Source of the DNA: a bacterium
GTDB lineage: Bacteria; Electryoneota; JAOADG01
Length of the DNA: 64,000 bases
Direction of reading: 5' to 3'
Assembly: GCA_963681965.1 (NCBI GenBank)
Contig: OY820579.1
Location: forward strand, 3,616,001 to 3,680,000
Shown: positions 20,141-29,533 of the stretch, one piece after another
How positions within the stretch are numbered: position 1 is the first letter of the stretch
Layout of the letters: each line of letters begins with the position of its first letter
Notes under the pieces: model-generated
What the model saw: the letters and a program-made list of their open reading frames with translations, nothing else
What the model was told of the DNA's origin: nothing
Databases searched by the model: none
Made by a program: the position numbers and the translations under genes

Positions 20141-20224
20141 TAAGTTTCTTAACGCATTTTCATTTCGTATAATTTAGTTACTTTTTGATTGTATTACAAG
20201 AATATTTTCAAATATTATTAAATA

Positions 20225-20261
20225 CATAAAAAACAGGCAGACGCACCCAAACGTCTGCCTG
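20225..20261 (-). terminator. Intrinsic terminator (copy 1)
   Basis: On the minus strand CAGGCAGACG-TTTGGGTG-CGTCTGCCTG followed by a T-run. Hairpin identical to 21082-21120. Confidence 0.8.
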
Positions 20262-20285
20262 ATATCATCATCCTGACTAGGGTGT

Positions 20286-21002
20286 TCATCTTGTGCAATA
20301 ATAAATGTCTTCTTTCGTACGAATCCCCAGAAGTGTCAGGATACTCGCTTCAAACAAATCAGTTGCTAAAATTACCTTTACCTGAAATCCCGTTTCGCGT
20401 AACCGATCGACATAGTCGGGACCGTAACGTCGCACATGATCGAATTGACCGAATTCGCGCTCGCGCTCTTCAGGTGTGACCAGTGCCGGATTTTCGAACG
20501 TTTGCTCGGCATACACCGGCACCTGAAGAATCGCCCATCCATCCGGTTTCAGAACCCGGTGAAACTCGCGCATCGCCTGTCGATCATCCGGTACATGTTC
20601 CAGCACATGACTGCAATAAATCACATCGAATTGATTGTCCGGAAATTGAATCGACATGATATCCATCTGCACATCGGCCTTTTTCGCGTCTAGATCGGCT
20701 GTCAAATAACCAGCACCGACACGTTCCCGCAATCGTTTTTCAAAACAGATTTCCGGAGCGACATGAAGCATTTTTCGCGGACTGCCATCGAATAGCTTGG
20801 TCAACCACTGAAAGTAAATCCACAAAAGCCGGTGTCGTTCAAGCGAGAGACAATTCGGGCACAAGGCATCGGTGCGTGCACCGAACGGTGCAAATTCTTC
20901 GAAGTGATGTTCGCAAACCGGACACCAGCGCTTCGGTTGGTCTTTGAGCACGCTTTCCTCTACGATACGATCGTCATTGTCAAACTGAATCGTCGATAAC
21001 AA
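20286..21002 (-). CDS. Class I SAM-dependent methyltransferase with N-terminal CxxC pairs
   Basis: CPVC..CPNC, LHVAPE, FDVIYCSHVLEHV and RVLKPDG motifs. Weak TTG start. Confidence 0.85.
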   Translation of the reverse strand: MLSTIQFDNDDRIVEESVLKDQPKRWCPVCEHHFEEFAPFGARTDALCPNCLSLERHRLLWIYFQWLTKLFDGSPRKMLHVAPEICFEKRLRERVGAGYLTADLDAKKADVQMDIMSIQFPDNQFDVIYCSHVLEHVPDDRQAMREFHRVLKPDGWAILQVPVYAEQTFENPALVTPEEREREFGQFDHVRRYGPDYVDRLRETGFQVKVILATDLFEASILTLLGIRTKEDIYYCTR

Positions 21003-21081
21003 ATTTGCCTAATTTGATAGAATATGCTTCGGGTTCCGATCACAGTCAAGCTATTTTTTCCGAATGATATTTTCCCGATTG

Positions 21082-21120
21082 CATAAAAAAAACAGGCAGA
21101 CGCACCCAAACGTCTGCCTG
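21082..21120 (-). terminator. Intrinsic terminator downstream of ftsZ (copy 2)
   Basis: Same 10-bp stem and loop as 20225-20261, followed by a T8 run on the minus strand. Confidence 0.8.
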
Positions 21121-21244
21121 TCGTTCTCTCTATCAGGTGCTTCGAGGAGGGGAAACACCCTTTCTACGAAGTTGAATTGGTAACCTAATCGTAATCCGAT
21201 CGATTTCTAATCGATCCATCATTTTCTTTACTAAGTACCAAGCA

Positions 21245-22453
21245 CTAGTTACTGCGCGAACGCCGCCAAATCGCCGGTACGCCCAGATTCTTCGAACCGT
21301 TACTGCCATGCTCGATCGCCGCCGGATTGATCTGCGGTACGACTGGTTGGAATGTGCGAATTGGTTCGACTACTGGAGTCGGAGCGGCTGCAATCGGCGT
21401 TACAATCGCGTTACCGTTAACCAGCGCATTGCCATTCATGAAACCGTTGTTCAGCGAAAACGTCTCCTGACGCGGCTGCACCTTGCCGTCCTGCCGCAAA
21501 CCGGTGGCAATCAAGGTGATCCGGATCTCGTCGTTGAGATCGTCGTTATATGCGATACCGGCAATCACATTCGATTCGTTGCCGGTGCGATCGGTAATGA
21601 TCTTCACCGCATTGTCGAATTCACGCAACGTGATGTCGCGCGATGCCGACACATTCACCAAAATCGAGCGCGCTCCCGCCACATCGATATCTTCGAGGAA
21701 CGGTGAGGTAATGGCTTCGGTCGCAGCCTGAATCGCCCGATCGTCGCCGCGTGCCGCGCCAAATCCAAGCAGTGCGTCGCCGCCGTTCTTCATCACGGTA
21801 TTGAGATCGTTGAAATCGAGATTAATTTCGCCAGCCGTCGTCAACAGTTCACTAATCCCCTTGGTCGCCTGCATCAAAATTGAATCGGCGCGGTAGAATG
21901 CATCGGTCAATTTCACATCGAGTGCGGTATCAATCAATTTCTGATTCGGAATCACGATCAGCGTATCGGTCACCGTGCGCAACTGCCGGATCCCCTCTTC
22001 GGCACGCATCATGCGTTGCGACCGTTCGAATTGGAACGGACGCGTCACGATCGCCACCGTCAACGCACCGATTTCACGCGCAATCGACACACAAACCGGA
22101 CCGCTGCCGGAACCGGTACCACCGCCGCCGCCGAACGTGGTAATGACGAGATCCGCACCCGAAAGCGCTTCCGCGATCTGCTCGCGATTCTCTTCCGCCG
22201 CCATCCGTCCTACTTCGGGATCGCCACCGGCACCGAGACCGCGCGTCGTCTGCAAACCGATCTGCACGATCTTCTGTCCTTCCAGTCGCTCCAATGCCTG
22301 CATATCGGTGTTGATCGCGATGAATTCAACGCCGCTGACACCTGCTTCCATCATCCGTTTGATTGCGTTTCCGCCCGCACCGCCAATACCGACTACTTTA
22401 ATTTTCGCACCGCGGGTAATTGCATCGACCAAAGAAAAACGTAAACCTGCCAT
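21245..22453 (-). CDS. ftsZ: Cell division protein FtsZ
   Basis: GIGGAGGNA, GLGAGGDP, GGGTGSG, INLDFND and a C-terminal VPAIWRR peptide. Confidence 0.97.
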   Translation of the reverse strand: MAGLRFSLVDAITRGAKIKVVGIGGAGGNAIKRMMEAGVSGVEFIAINTDMQALERLEGQKIVQIGLQTTRGLGAGGDPEVGRMAAEENREQIAEALSGADLVITTFGGGGGTGSGSGPVCVSIAREIGALTVAIVTRPFQFERSQRMMRAEEGIRQLRTVTDTLIVIPNQKLIDTALDVKLTDAFYRADSILMQATKGISELLTTAGEINLDFNDLNTVMKNGGDALLGFGAARGDDRAIQAATEAITSPFLEDIDVAGARSILVNVSASRDITLREFDNAVKIITDRTGNESNVIAGIAYNDDLNDEIRITLIATGLRQDGKVQPRQETFSLNNGFMNGNALVNGNAIVTPIAAAPTPVVEPIRTFQPVVPQINPAAIEHGSNGSKNLGVPAIWRRSRSN

Positions 22454-22490
22454 TTCCTACTCCTCCTCTTTCCTCGAAAAAAAATAACTT

Positions 22491-23723
22491 TCAACCGCCG
22501 TTTACCCAGTCGTACAGCCGGGTCAGATATCCGTGCTTGCCGACCGAAGTGATTTCAAAACCGTAGAGCGCCATGCCCAAAACATTTACTGCCGCCGGTG
22601 ATGCCGCCTCACCAGCTAAATCGAAAATTCCGTTTGGATAACCGATCCGCACCTGACGCTTGGCGTAGTTGGTTGCAAAATCCTGCAATCCGGGCAACAT
22701 TGCCCCGCCACCAGTCAACACCATCGGATCGAATAAAAGTTGATTGACGATCGTCGATAAACTCGATACTGCGCGATCGATGATCTCTTCCGATCGCGCC
22801 GCGATCACATCCTGCAACAACACCGGATCGATTTCCTTATCGATACCCGCCATGACGATCGGTTCCGGAGGTACGGGATTTCCTTCTTCATCTTCGCCCA
22901 TTTTCGGTGCGATCAAACCGTATTCTTTCTTCAATCGATTCGCCATTTCCAGCGGCAATTCGAATACGGTAGCGATATCCATCGTGATGTGATTCGAACC
23001 GATCGGCATCGGAAATACGATTTGCCACAATCCATCTTTCGCATACAGCACATTCGTCGTCTCGAACCCGATATCGACGATGATCACACCGTCTTTTTTC
23101 TCCTGTGGATCGAGTACGATGCGATCGCTGGTCACCGGCGAAAAGAGCAGACTTTTAATCGCTACCGACGCTTTCTTACAGCATTCGTAAATCGTATCGA
23201 TCGTCGTCCGGTGACTGGCAATCGAGAGATAAAACGCCTGAATATGCTGTGCCGGAAGTCCTACCGGCTTCATTGTCAATTCGCCATAATCGACCGAGTA
23301 TCCGGTCGGAACCAATTCCAATTGTTGATAATCGTTGGGAATGAACACGCGATGATGCGAATTGCGCAGTTTCGTAATATCGTCGAACGTGACTGCCAGC
23401 GATTTGTTGCTCCACTTTTTCTGTCGTTGCAATTGCGAATCGGTCGGCGCCGCTTGCATATCCATTCCACCGATACCGACGATCGCCACGCGAATCATTC
23501 CGACATCGCCCAACTGCTGCTTGACCTGATAGAGCGATGCTTCCACCACTTCCGAGGCACGCTGGGTATCGGTGATCTGTCCCGCTTCAAGCCCGCGGGT
23601 ATTGACACAGCCATACGCCAGCAATCGAGTGGTTCCGTCTTCGCTTCGCCCCACAACGGCGGTTCGAACCCGATGTGTTCCGATATCGATCGCGACTGTG
23701 GCAATTGTTTCTTCTTGATTCAT
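22491..23723 (-). CDS. ftsA: Cell division protein FtsA
   Basis: AIDIGT, VDIGFETT, IGSNHITMDI and LTGGGA motifs. Positioned before ftsZ. Confidence 0.92.
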   Translation of the reverse strand: MNQEETIATVAIDIGTHRVRTAVVGRSEDGTTRLLAYGCVNTRGLEAGQITDTQRASEVVEASLYQVKQQLGDVGMIRVAIVGIGGMDMQAAPTDSQLQRQKKWSNKSLAVTFDDITKLRNSHHRVFIPNDYQQLELVPTGYSVDYGELTMKPVGLPAQHIQAFYLSIASHRTTIDTIYECCKKASVAIKSLLFSPVTSDRIVLDPQEKKDGVIIVDIGFETTNVLYAKDGLWQIVFPMPIGSNHITMDIATVFELPLEMANRLKKEYGLIAPKMGEDEEGNPVPPEPIVMAGIDKEIDPVLLQDVIAARSEEIIDRAVSSLSTIVNQLLFDPMVLTGGGAMLPGLQDFATNYAKRQVRIGYPNGIFDLAGEAASPAAVNVLGMALYGFEITSVGKHGYLTRLYDWVNGG

Positions 23724-23787
23724 TCCGCAAATACTTCTTGAAATTGGTTACTGAGTTCGTTCAATTCGAATTCAAATAAATATTCGA

Positions 23788-24636
23788 TCAGGTCTTCCGA
23801 TTCGATTTCCGATCCGGCAACGGTTGTTGTTCCACTTGCGTCAACACCGATTGCAACGGTTGATTATTCAGTGCGACAAAACCCGGTGTTCGGGCATCGA
23901 TATACGCGACATCTGCCCAATTCACCGTCGCGGGAATTCGCTTCAGGAAATTGTCGACAGCGCAAATGCTCTCGCGATGTTTCTTTCCAATCATCAATTC
24001 TATTCGACCATCGTCCATGAACAACCGGTATTGATAGGGATTCACAAACCGGATCTCGCTGATTCGCGCAAACAATTTGTATTGTTTCATCTCCGCCAAT
24101 ACTGCGACCGCTTGTATAAACTGCATGTCCGGTACCTTCTGTCCATACTTCGGCAGTGTACCGACATAGTTCGTGATGACCGGCAGATTAACTACGTATC
24201 CCGATGGTGCCGGTGGCAATAGGTGCCCTTCGGAACTCACCAAATACGGTCGATCTGTCATCAATACCGCTGTGGGATTGAATTCCTCGATCTCCACATT
24301 CAGCATATCCGGCAATGACCGTGTGACTTTCGCCGATCGAACCCAAGTCATTTTTTCGATTTTGCGTTCGAGATTTCGTAGATCGACGACAAACAATCCC
24401 GTCCCATTGCGCAATCCCATCGTCTTGCGCACATCCGCCGCATCGACGCGATGATTCCCGAGCACGTGAATATGCTGCAGCGTAAATAAATTCATCGGTT
24501 CGGAATAAATCCACAGCGTCCATAACCCCGCAATACCGAGAACAACCGAAACCACCACGATCAGTCGTTTGAAGGCGAATTTCTTGCGCTTTTCTACTTG
24601 CGAGCGGAACACCACCATCGACTCATGCTTCGGCAT
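23788..24636 (-). CDS. ftsQ: Cell division protein FtsQ
   Basis: Basic N-terminus, one TM, POTRA (IHVLGN..WVRSAKVTRSLPD) and YIDAR. Between murB and ftsA. Confidence 0.88.
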   Translation of the reverse strand: MPKHESMVVFRSQVEKRKKFAFKRLIVVVSVVLGIAGLWTLWIYSEPMNLFTLQHIHVLGNHRVDAADVRKTMGLRNGTGLFVVDLRNLERKIEKMTWVRSAKVTRSLPDMLNVEIEEFNPTAVLMTDRPYLVSSEGHLLPPAPSGYVVNLPVITNYVGTLPKYGQKVPDMQFIQAVAVLAEMKQYKLFARISEIRFVNPYQYRLFMDDGRIELMIGKKHRESICAVDNFLKRIPATVNWADVAYIDARTPGFVALNNQPLQSVLTQVEQQPLPDRKSNRKT

Positions 24637-25564
24637 CTTCAAACCCCCACAGACACTGTTCCAATTCCAAGCGGATACCGCTATTGTTCATTACTTCCGA
24701 CTGAACAAATTTGATCAATCCAAAAATGTCGGTCGCAGTCGCATTACCGCGATTGACGATGAATCCGGCATGCTGCGTGCTGACTTCGGCATCCCCTGCA
24801 CGCGCCCCTTTCAATCCGGCTACTTCAATCAGTCGACCGGCATATTCATGAGGCGGTCGCTTGAATACTGATCCTGCCGAGGGATAGTGCAACGGTTGTT
24901 TCGATCGGCGTTGTTCCAAAACATCGCGAATGATTGCAAATAGCTCTTCCCGATTTGCTCGCTGCAACTGGAAACCGGCGGCAATCACAATCATATCCTG
25001 CAATTCGGATGCCTTCCGATAACCCCATTGGATTTCATTTTTCTTCAGCGAAACAACCTTGCCACTACGATCGATACACCGAACCCACTCGATACAATCG
25101 GAAATTTCCATTCCGTAGGCACCGCAATTCATTCGAATGCCGCCACCCAGTGTGCCGGGGATCCCCGCCAATTTCTCCATTCCGGCTAGTCCGTGATAAC
25201 AAGCCATGCGGACAACCTTTAACAGCGAACAGCCCGCATCGGCAGTAACCGTCAATCCGGATACATCGATAGTGTGGAAGTATGATTTCAAATCGATTAC
25301 CAATCCGGATACACCGGAATCGCTAACTAGTAAATTCGAGCCGCCACCTAGCACGCGATGAGAAATCTTCCATTCGGTAGCGTATTTCACAGCAGCTACG
25401 ATATCGTCTTCGACATACGGCGAATAGAGCAATTGTGCCGGACCACCCACTCGATATGTCGTGCGATTGGCAAGGCTCTCCTGTTCGCGTACAACCCCGC
25501 TGTTATGCTCATACAGAGCATCGCGCAATTTGGCAATCGGGGTGAGTGACGTATCGCTTTTCAT
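24623..25564 (-). CDS. murB: UDP-N-acetylenolpyruvoylglucosamine reductase
   Basis: TTYRVGGPA, LGGGSNLL, GIPGTLGG, SAGSVFKRP and HAGFIVN motifs. Confidence 0.95.
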   Translation of the reverse strand: MKSDTSLTPIAKLRDALYEHNSGVVREQESLANRTTYRVGGPAQLLYSPYVEDDIVAAVKYATEWKISHRVLGGGSNLLVSDSGVSGLVIDLKSYFHTIDVSGLTVTADAGCSLLKVVRMACYHGLAGMEKLAGIPGTLGGGIRMNCGAYGMEISDCIEWVRCIDRSGKVVSLKKNEIQWGYRKASELQDMIVIAAGFQLQRANREELFAIIRDVLEQRRSKQPLHYPSAGSVFKRPPHEYAGRLIEVAGLKGARAGDAEVSTQHAGFIVNRGNATATDIFGLIKFVQSEVMNNSGIRLELEQCLWGFEDAEA

Positions 25565-26928
25565 TTTCCGACCAACTCCCGCGATACTTTCGTAATGTCA
25601 CCGGCACCCAGCGTGATCACCAGATCGCCCGGTTTCAGCATGGCGCGAATCGTATCGGCACGATGCTCGGCAGGAAGATCGAATACACCGGCGTGACCGT
25701 TTCGGCGCAATGCATCCGAAACCAATTTCCCGGTAATGCCCGCTACCGGTTGTTCGCGCGACGGGTAAACATCGGCAACCCACACGACATCGGCAACGGT
25801 CAGTGCCAATCCAAATTGCTCGTGAAATCGCGCTGTCCGGCTGAACAAATGGGGTTGAAAAATCGCTACAATGCGACCGCGATGGATCGAGCGCGCTGCT
25901 GCCAACGTTGCTGCTACTTCGGTCGGATGGTGCGCATAATCGTCGACAAACTTGATACTGTCGCGTTCGCCGACTACTTCAAACCGTCGTCCGACCCCTT
26001 TGAAGTTGTGAAGCGCGTCCGCAATTTGCTCGAATGAAACATCGATCTGCCGGCTCATTGCCACGACCGCCAAGGCGTTTCGCAAATTGTGAATTCCCGG
26101 AATCTGCAACTGCAAGCGACCCAATAATTCCGAACCATCATACACATCGGCACTCGTCTCACCGGAGCTAGTATCAATGTTGGTAGCCCGTACCCGATTC
26201 GTCTCATTCAACCCATAGGTGATCACTTTGCGTTTGAACCGCGGTTTGATCGCCATCAATCCGGCATCGTCACCGCAGATAATCAAAGAGCCGTAGAATG
26301 GAACGCGATTAGCAAATTGCACGAATGCGTCTTCCATTTCGGCATAGGTCGGATAGGTGTCGATATGTTCGTGCTCGAGATTGGTCAGGATCGCATGAAT
26401 CGGCATTAGATGCAGGAATGAGCGATCGAATTCGTCGGCTTCGGCGACCAGCCACTCCGATTCACCCGCTACCGAATTGCCGCCAGCACTTTGCAACCGT
26501 CCGCCGACAATAATCGTAGGGTCGAGTCCTGCCGCATTCAATGCCGCTCCCAGCATACTCGATGTCGTCGATTTTCCGTGAACTCCCGCTACTGCGATTC
26601 CCTGCTGCAAGCGAATCAATTCGCCGAGCATTTCCGCGCGCGAAATTACCGGAATATCCAATCGACGAGCTTCCACCAATTCGACATTATCCGGACGACA
26701 GGCGCTGGAATAAATCACCAAATCGGCATTGACCACATTTTCCGCACGATGCGAAACTGTGACAGTCGCACCCAGCATCCGCAATCGCGCTGCCACATCG
26801 TTGTCCGCCAAATCGCTACCGGTCACCGTGAAGCCGTGTCGCAGCATCAATTCGGCAATACCGCACATCCCGGTACCGTTTATGCCGACGAAGTGGAGAC
26901 GTTGAAATCGATGAAAGAAATGCTTCAC
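25561..26928 (-). CDS. murC: UDP-N-acetylmuramate-L-alanine ligase
   Basis: HFVGINGTGM, AGVHGKSTT, EADEFD, DDYAHHPTE and FQPHLFSR motifs. Confidence 0.96.
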   Translation of the reverse strand: MKHFFHRFQRLHFVGINGTGMCGIAELMLRHGFTVTGSDLADNDVAARLRMLGATVTVSHRAENVVNADLVIYSSACRPDNVELVEARRLDIPVISRAEMLGELIRLQQGIAVAGVHGKSTTSSMLGAALNAAGLDPTIIVGGRLQSAGGNSVAGESEWLVAEADEFDRSFLHLMPIHAILTNLEHEHIDTYPTYAEMEDAFVQFANRVPFYGSLIICGDDAGLMAIKPRFKRKVITYGLNETNRVRATNIDTSSGETSADVYDGSELLGRLQLQIPGIHNLRNALAVVAMSRQIDVSFEQIADALHNFKGVGRRFEVVGERDSIKFVDDYAHHPTEVAATLAAARSIHRGRIVAIFQPHLFSRTARFHEQFGLALTVADVVWVADVYPSREQPVAGITGKLVSDALRRNGHAGVFDLPAEHRADTIRAMLKPGDLVITLGAGDITKVSRELVGK

Positions 26929-26940
26929 AGTGTTTATTCC

Positions 26941-28155
26941 TTATTTCGGATATAATGGACATTTGGCTTCGGTACTGATCCGCAACAGAATTGCTGCCAG
27001 TCCGAGATTGAATACCATCGCGGTTCCGCCGTGACTGATAAACGGTAACGGCACGCCGGTCGAAGGCATCGCCGATACATTTACGAAAAAGTGAATGAAG
27101 AAATAGGTCAGGAAGTTCATAACTATTCCGAATGCCAATAGGTACTGAAATTGATCCGGCGCATATGCGGTAACACGGATTCCGCGCCACGCCAATACGC
27201 CAAACAGCGTCAGCACAACCACAATTCCCAGTGCTCCCCATTCTTCACCGATGATTGCGATGATACAATCGTTGTAAGCTTCCGGCAGAAAATATTTCTG
27301 TTTGCCGGTTCCATAACCAACGCCGAACAAGCCCCCTTCGACCATTGCAATGACACTCTGGCGCTGCTGGTAGCTAGTCTCTTTCATCACATTCGCGCCG
27401 GTCGGATCGATTGCAAGATTCTGCTCGTAATTCTGCACAGCCGCATACGGATCGATAAACACGCGACTTCTCGCATGTCGGAAACCGGTTCCAAGTGTAT
27501 AAATCGAGCCGAGGCAGATGACGCAACCGATCGCGATGTACACCCATTTCCGAGGAATTCCCGACACCCACAACATCGATCCGACGATCGCTGCCAGAAT
27601 CATGACCGTCGAAAGATTCGGTTGGAGAATAATCGGCAGTGCGATAATCGCTAGAACAAATAACGCTTTCAACACATTTTGCATAATGTGCAGTTGATTT
27701 TTTTTCCGAGCCAGAAAATCCGCCATCCAGAGCACCAGACCGAACCGCGCCACATCCGAAGGCGAAATTTGAAATCCTTTGAAGCGCAACCAGCGGCGAG
27801 CGCCGTTCACCTCCTCGCCGAAGAAATGCACCAGTACAAACAAAATCAGCGATAACACAATGATACTGAGCGGGATTCGAAATTGTCGCCAACGTTCTAC
27901 AGGCACTAAATAACAGAATATGCCGAATGCAATTCCAACCATCACTTTCATCAGATGAGAACGAAATTTCGCATAAATATCGACCTTGTATTTCACATAG
28001 CTTTGCGATCCGATGGAATTGGTATCTGCCAACCGATTCGAGGTCGCCATCAAATTCATCAGCAAACCGGCTGCGATCAGAATCAGAATCGTGATCATGA
28101 TCCATTTATCGAAGGAGAGATTGATGCGATGAAACGCCTGAACCCATTCACTCAT
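26941..28155 (-). CDS. ftsW: SEDS peptidoglycan polymerase FtsW
   Basis: Multi-TM protein with GARRW, QPNLS, LPEAYND, GEEWG and GVPLPFISHGG. Start moved to ATG 28155. Confidence 0.92.
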   Translation of the reverse strand: MSEWVQAFHRINLSFDKWIMITILILIAAGLLMNLMATSNRLADTNSIGSQSYVKYKVDIYAKFRSHLMKVMVGIAFGIFCYLVPVERWRQFRIPLSIIVLSLILFVLVHFFGEEVNGARRWLRFKGFQISPSDVARFGLVLWMADFLARKKNQLHIMQNVLKALFVLAIIALPIILQPNLSTVMILAAIVGSMLWVSGIPRKWVYIAIGCVICLGSIYTLGTGFRHARSRVFIDPYAAVQNYEQNLAIDPTGANVMKETSYQQRQSVIAMVEGGLFGVGYGTGKQKYFLPEAYNDCIIAIIGEEWGALGIVVVLTLFGVLAWRGIRVTAYAPDQFQYLLAFGIVMNFLTYFFIHFFVNVSAMPSTGVPLPFISHGGTAMVFNLGLAAILLRISTEAKCPLYPK

Positions 28156-29533
28156 CCTGTAACTCCTCGACATAAGCGACGAATTTGCGTCCGCGGTCTT
28201 CATAATCGTTGAATTCATCGAAGCTGGCACACATCGGCGAGAGCAAAACCGCATCGCCGCGTGTTGCCAATTCCTTCGCTAACACCATCGCATCTCTCAT
28301 CCCACCAACCCGGTGTACCGGAGCGAAATCGGCGAAAGTATTCGCGACTTTTTCACCCGCCGCTCCGAATGCGATCACACACTTCACGCGTTTCGATGCC
28401 AATTTGCATAACGGCGAAAAATCCATACCCTTGTCGTATCCACCTGCGAGCCAAATCACCGGATTGGGAAATGACAACAACGCCACCCGCGCCGAGTCCG
28501 GTGTCGTTGCCTTGGAGTCATTCACCCATTGCAATCCATCGGTCGAGGGGATCATCTGCAGTCGGTGTTCCAGTCCTTTGAATGTTGTGATCGCTTCCAC
28601 AATGCTATCTTCCGGCAATTCGGCACAGGCTGCTGCGGCAATCACGGCACAGGCATTGGCGAGGTTGTGTCGACCCAGCAATTTGATTTGATTTACATTC
28701 ACCACTGGTGTTGCAGTTTCCTCAGAATCGCGATGATAGATACTGTCTTGACCCATCCATACCCCCCGCTCCAGCGGATGATTGATCGAAAATCCGAAGA
28801 TCCGGCTATTTGCTTTCGTAAACACTTCGCGAACCAAGTCGTCATCCTCATTGCGTATCAATGCCTGATGCGATTGTTGATTCTGAACGATGGCAAATTT
28901 CGATTGATAATACTCTTCGACCGAGTTGTACCGATCGAGATGATCCGGCGTCAAATTCAGAATGACTGCCACTTCCGGCGCAAACCGATCGATCCATGCC
29001 AATTGAAATGACGATACTTCCAGCACTGCCCAATGCGCTTCGGTCAAATCCAACACATATTCCGAAAAAGCGGTACCGATATTTCCCGCTACGACATGCG
29101 GAACTTTCGCACACCGGAAACATTCACCGATCCAGGTTGTTACAGTCGACTTACCATTCGTTCCCGTAATCGCAATTGTCTTGCCGGGATGCAGTCGCCA
29201 CGCCAATTCCAATTCCGTCCAAATCGGAATACTTAGTGCTTTTGCCATTTCAAACAGCGCCGAGCGTTGATCGATTCCAGGCGAGCTGATAATTAAATCG
29301 GTTCCATCAAAAATCTTGTTGCTGTGCTCTCCCAATTCGTATTCGACACCAATTTGATCCAGACTGGCGGCAATCGTTTCAGCCTTTTTTCCCGTTGCGC
29401 GATCGGAAACAAAGACTTCGACACCCAATCGGCGAAGCAAGCGTGTTGCCGCCAATCCGGAACGTACTGCACCTAAAACTGCAACTCGCTGCGGCGAATT
29501 GATGCGCGACAATAGTTGTGCTCGATCGATCAT
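28148..29533 (-). CDS. murD: UDP-MurNAc-L-Ala-D-Glu ligase
   Basis: ITGTNGKST, LEVSSFQL, DHLDRY, NDSKAT and LSPMCASFD motifs. Confidence 0.96.
   Translation of the reverse strand: MIDRAQLLSRINSPQRVAVLGAVRSGLAATRLLRRLGVEVFVSDRATGKKAETIAASLDQIGVEYELGEHSNKIFDGTDLIISSPGIDQRSALFEMAKALSIPIWTELELAWRLHPGKTIAITGTNGKSTVTTWIGECFRCAKVPHVVAGNIGTAFSEYVLDLTEAHWAVLEVSSFQLAWIDRFAPEVAVILNLTPDHLDRYNSVEEYYQSKFAIVQNQQSHQALIRNEDDDLVREVFTKANSRIFGFSINHPLERGVWMGQDSIYHRDSEETATPVVNVNQIKLLGRHNLANACAVIAAAACAELPEDSIVEAITTFKGLEHRLQMIPSTDGLQWVNDSKATTPDSARVALLSFPNPVIWLAGGYDKGMDFSPLCKLASKRVKCVIAFGAAGEKVANTFADFAPVHRVGGMRDAMVLAKELATRGDAVLLSPMCASFDEFNDYEDRGRKFVAYVEELQDE

Noticed and set aside
18600-21120. Prophage, IS or integron in the variable patch
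   Set aside because: No integrase, transposase, terminal inverted repeats or convincing attC sites were seen.
26929-29533. Frameshifted or hidden mraY/murG remnants
   Set aside because: The junctions are a 12-bp gap (ftsW-murC) and a 4-nt overlap (murF-murD), leaving no unexplained sequence.
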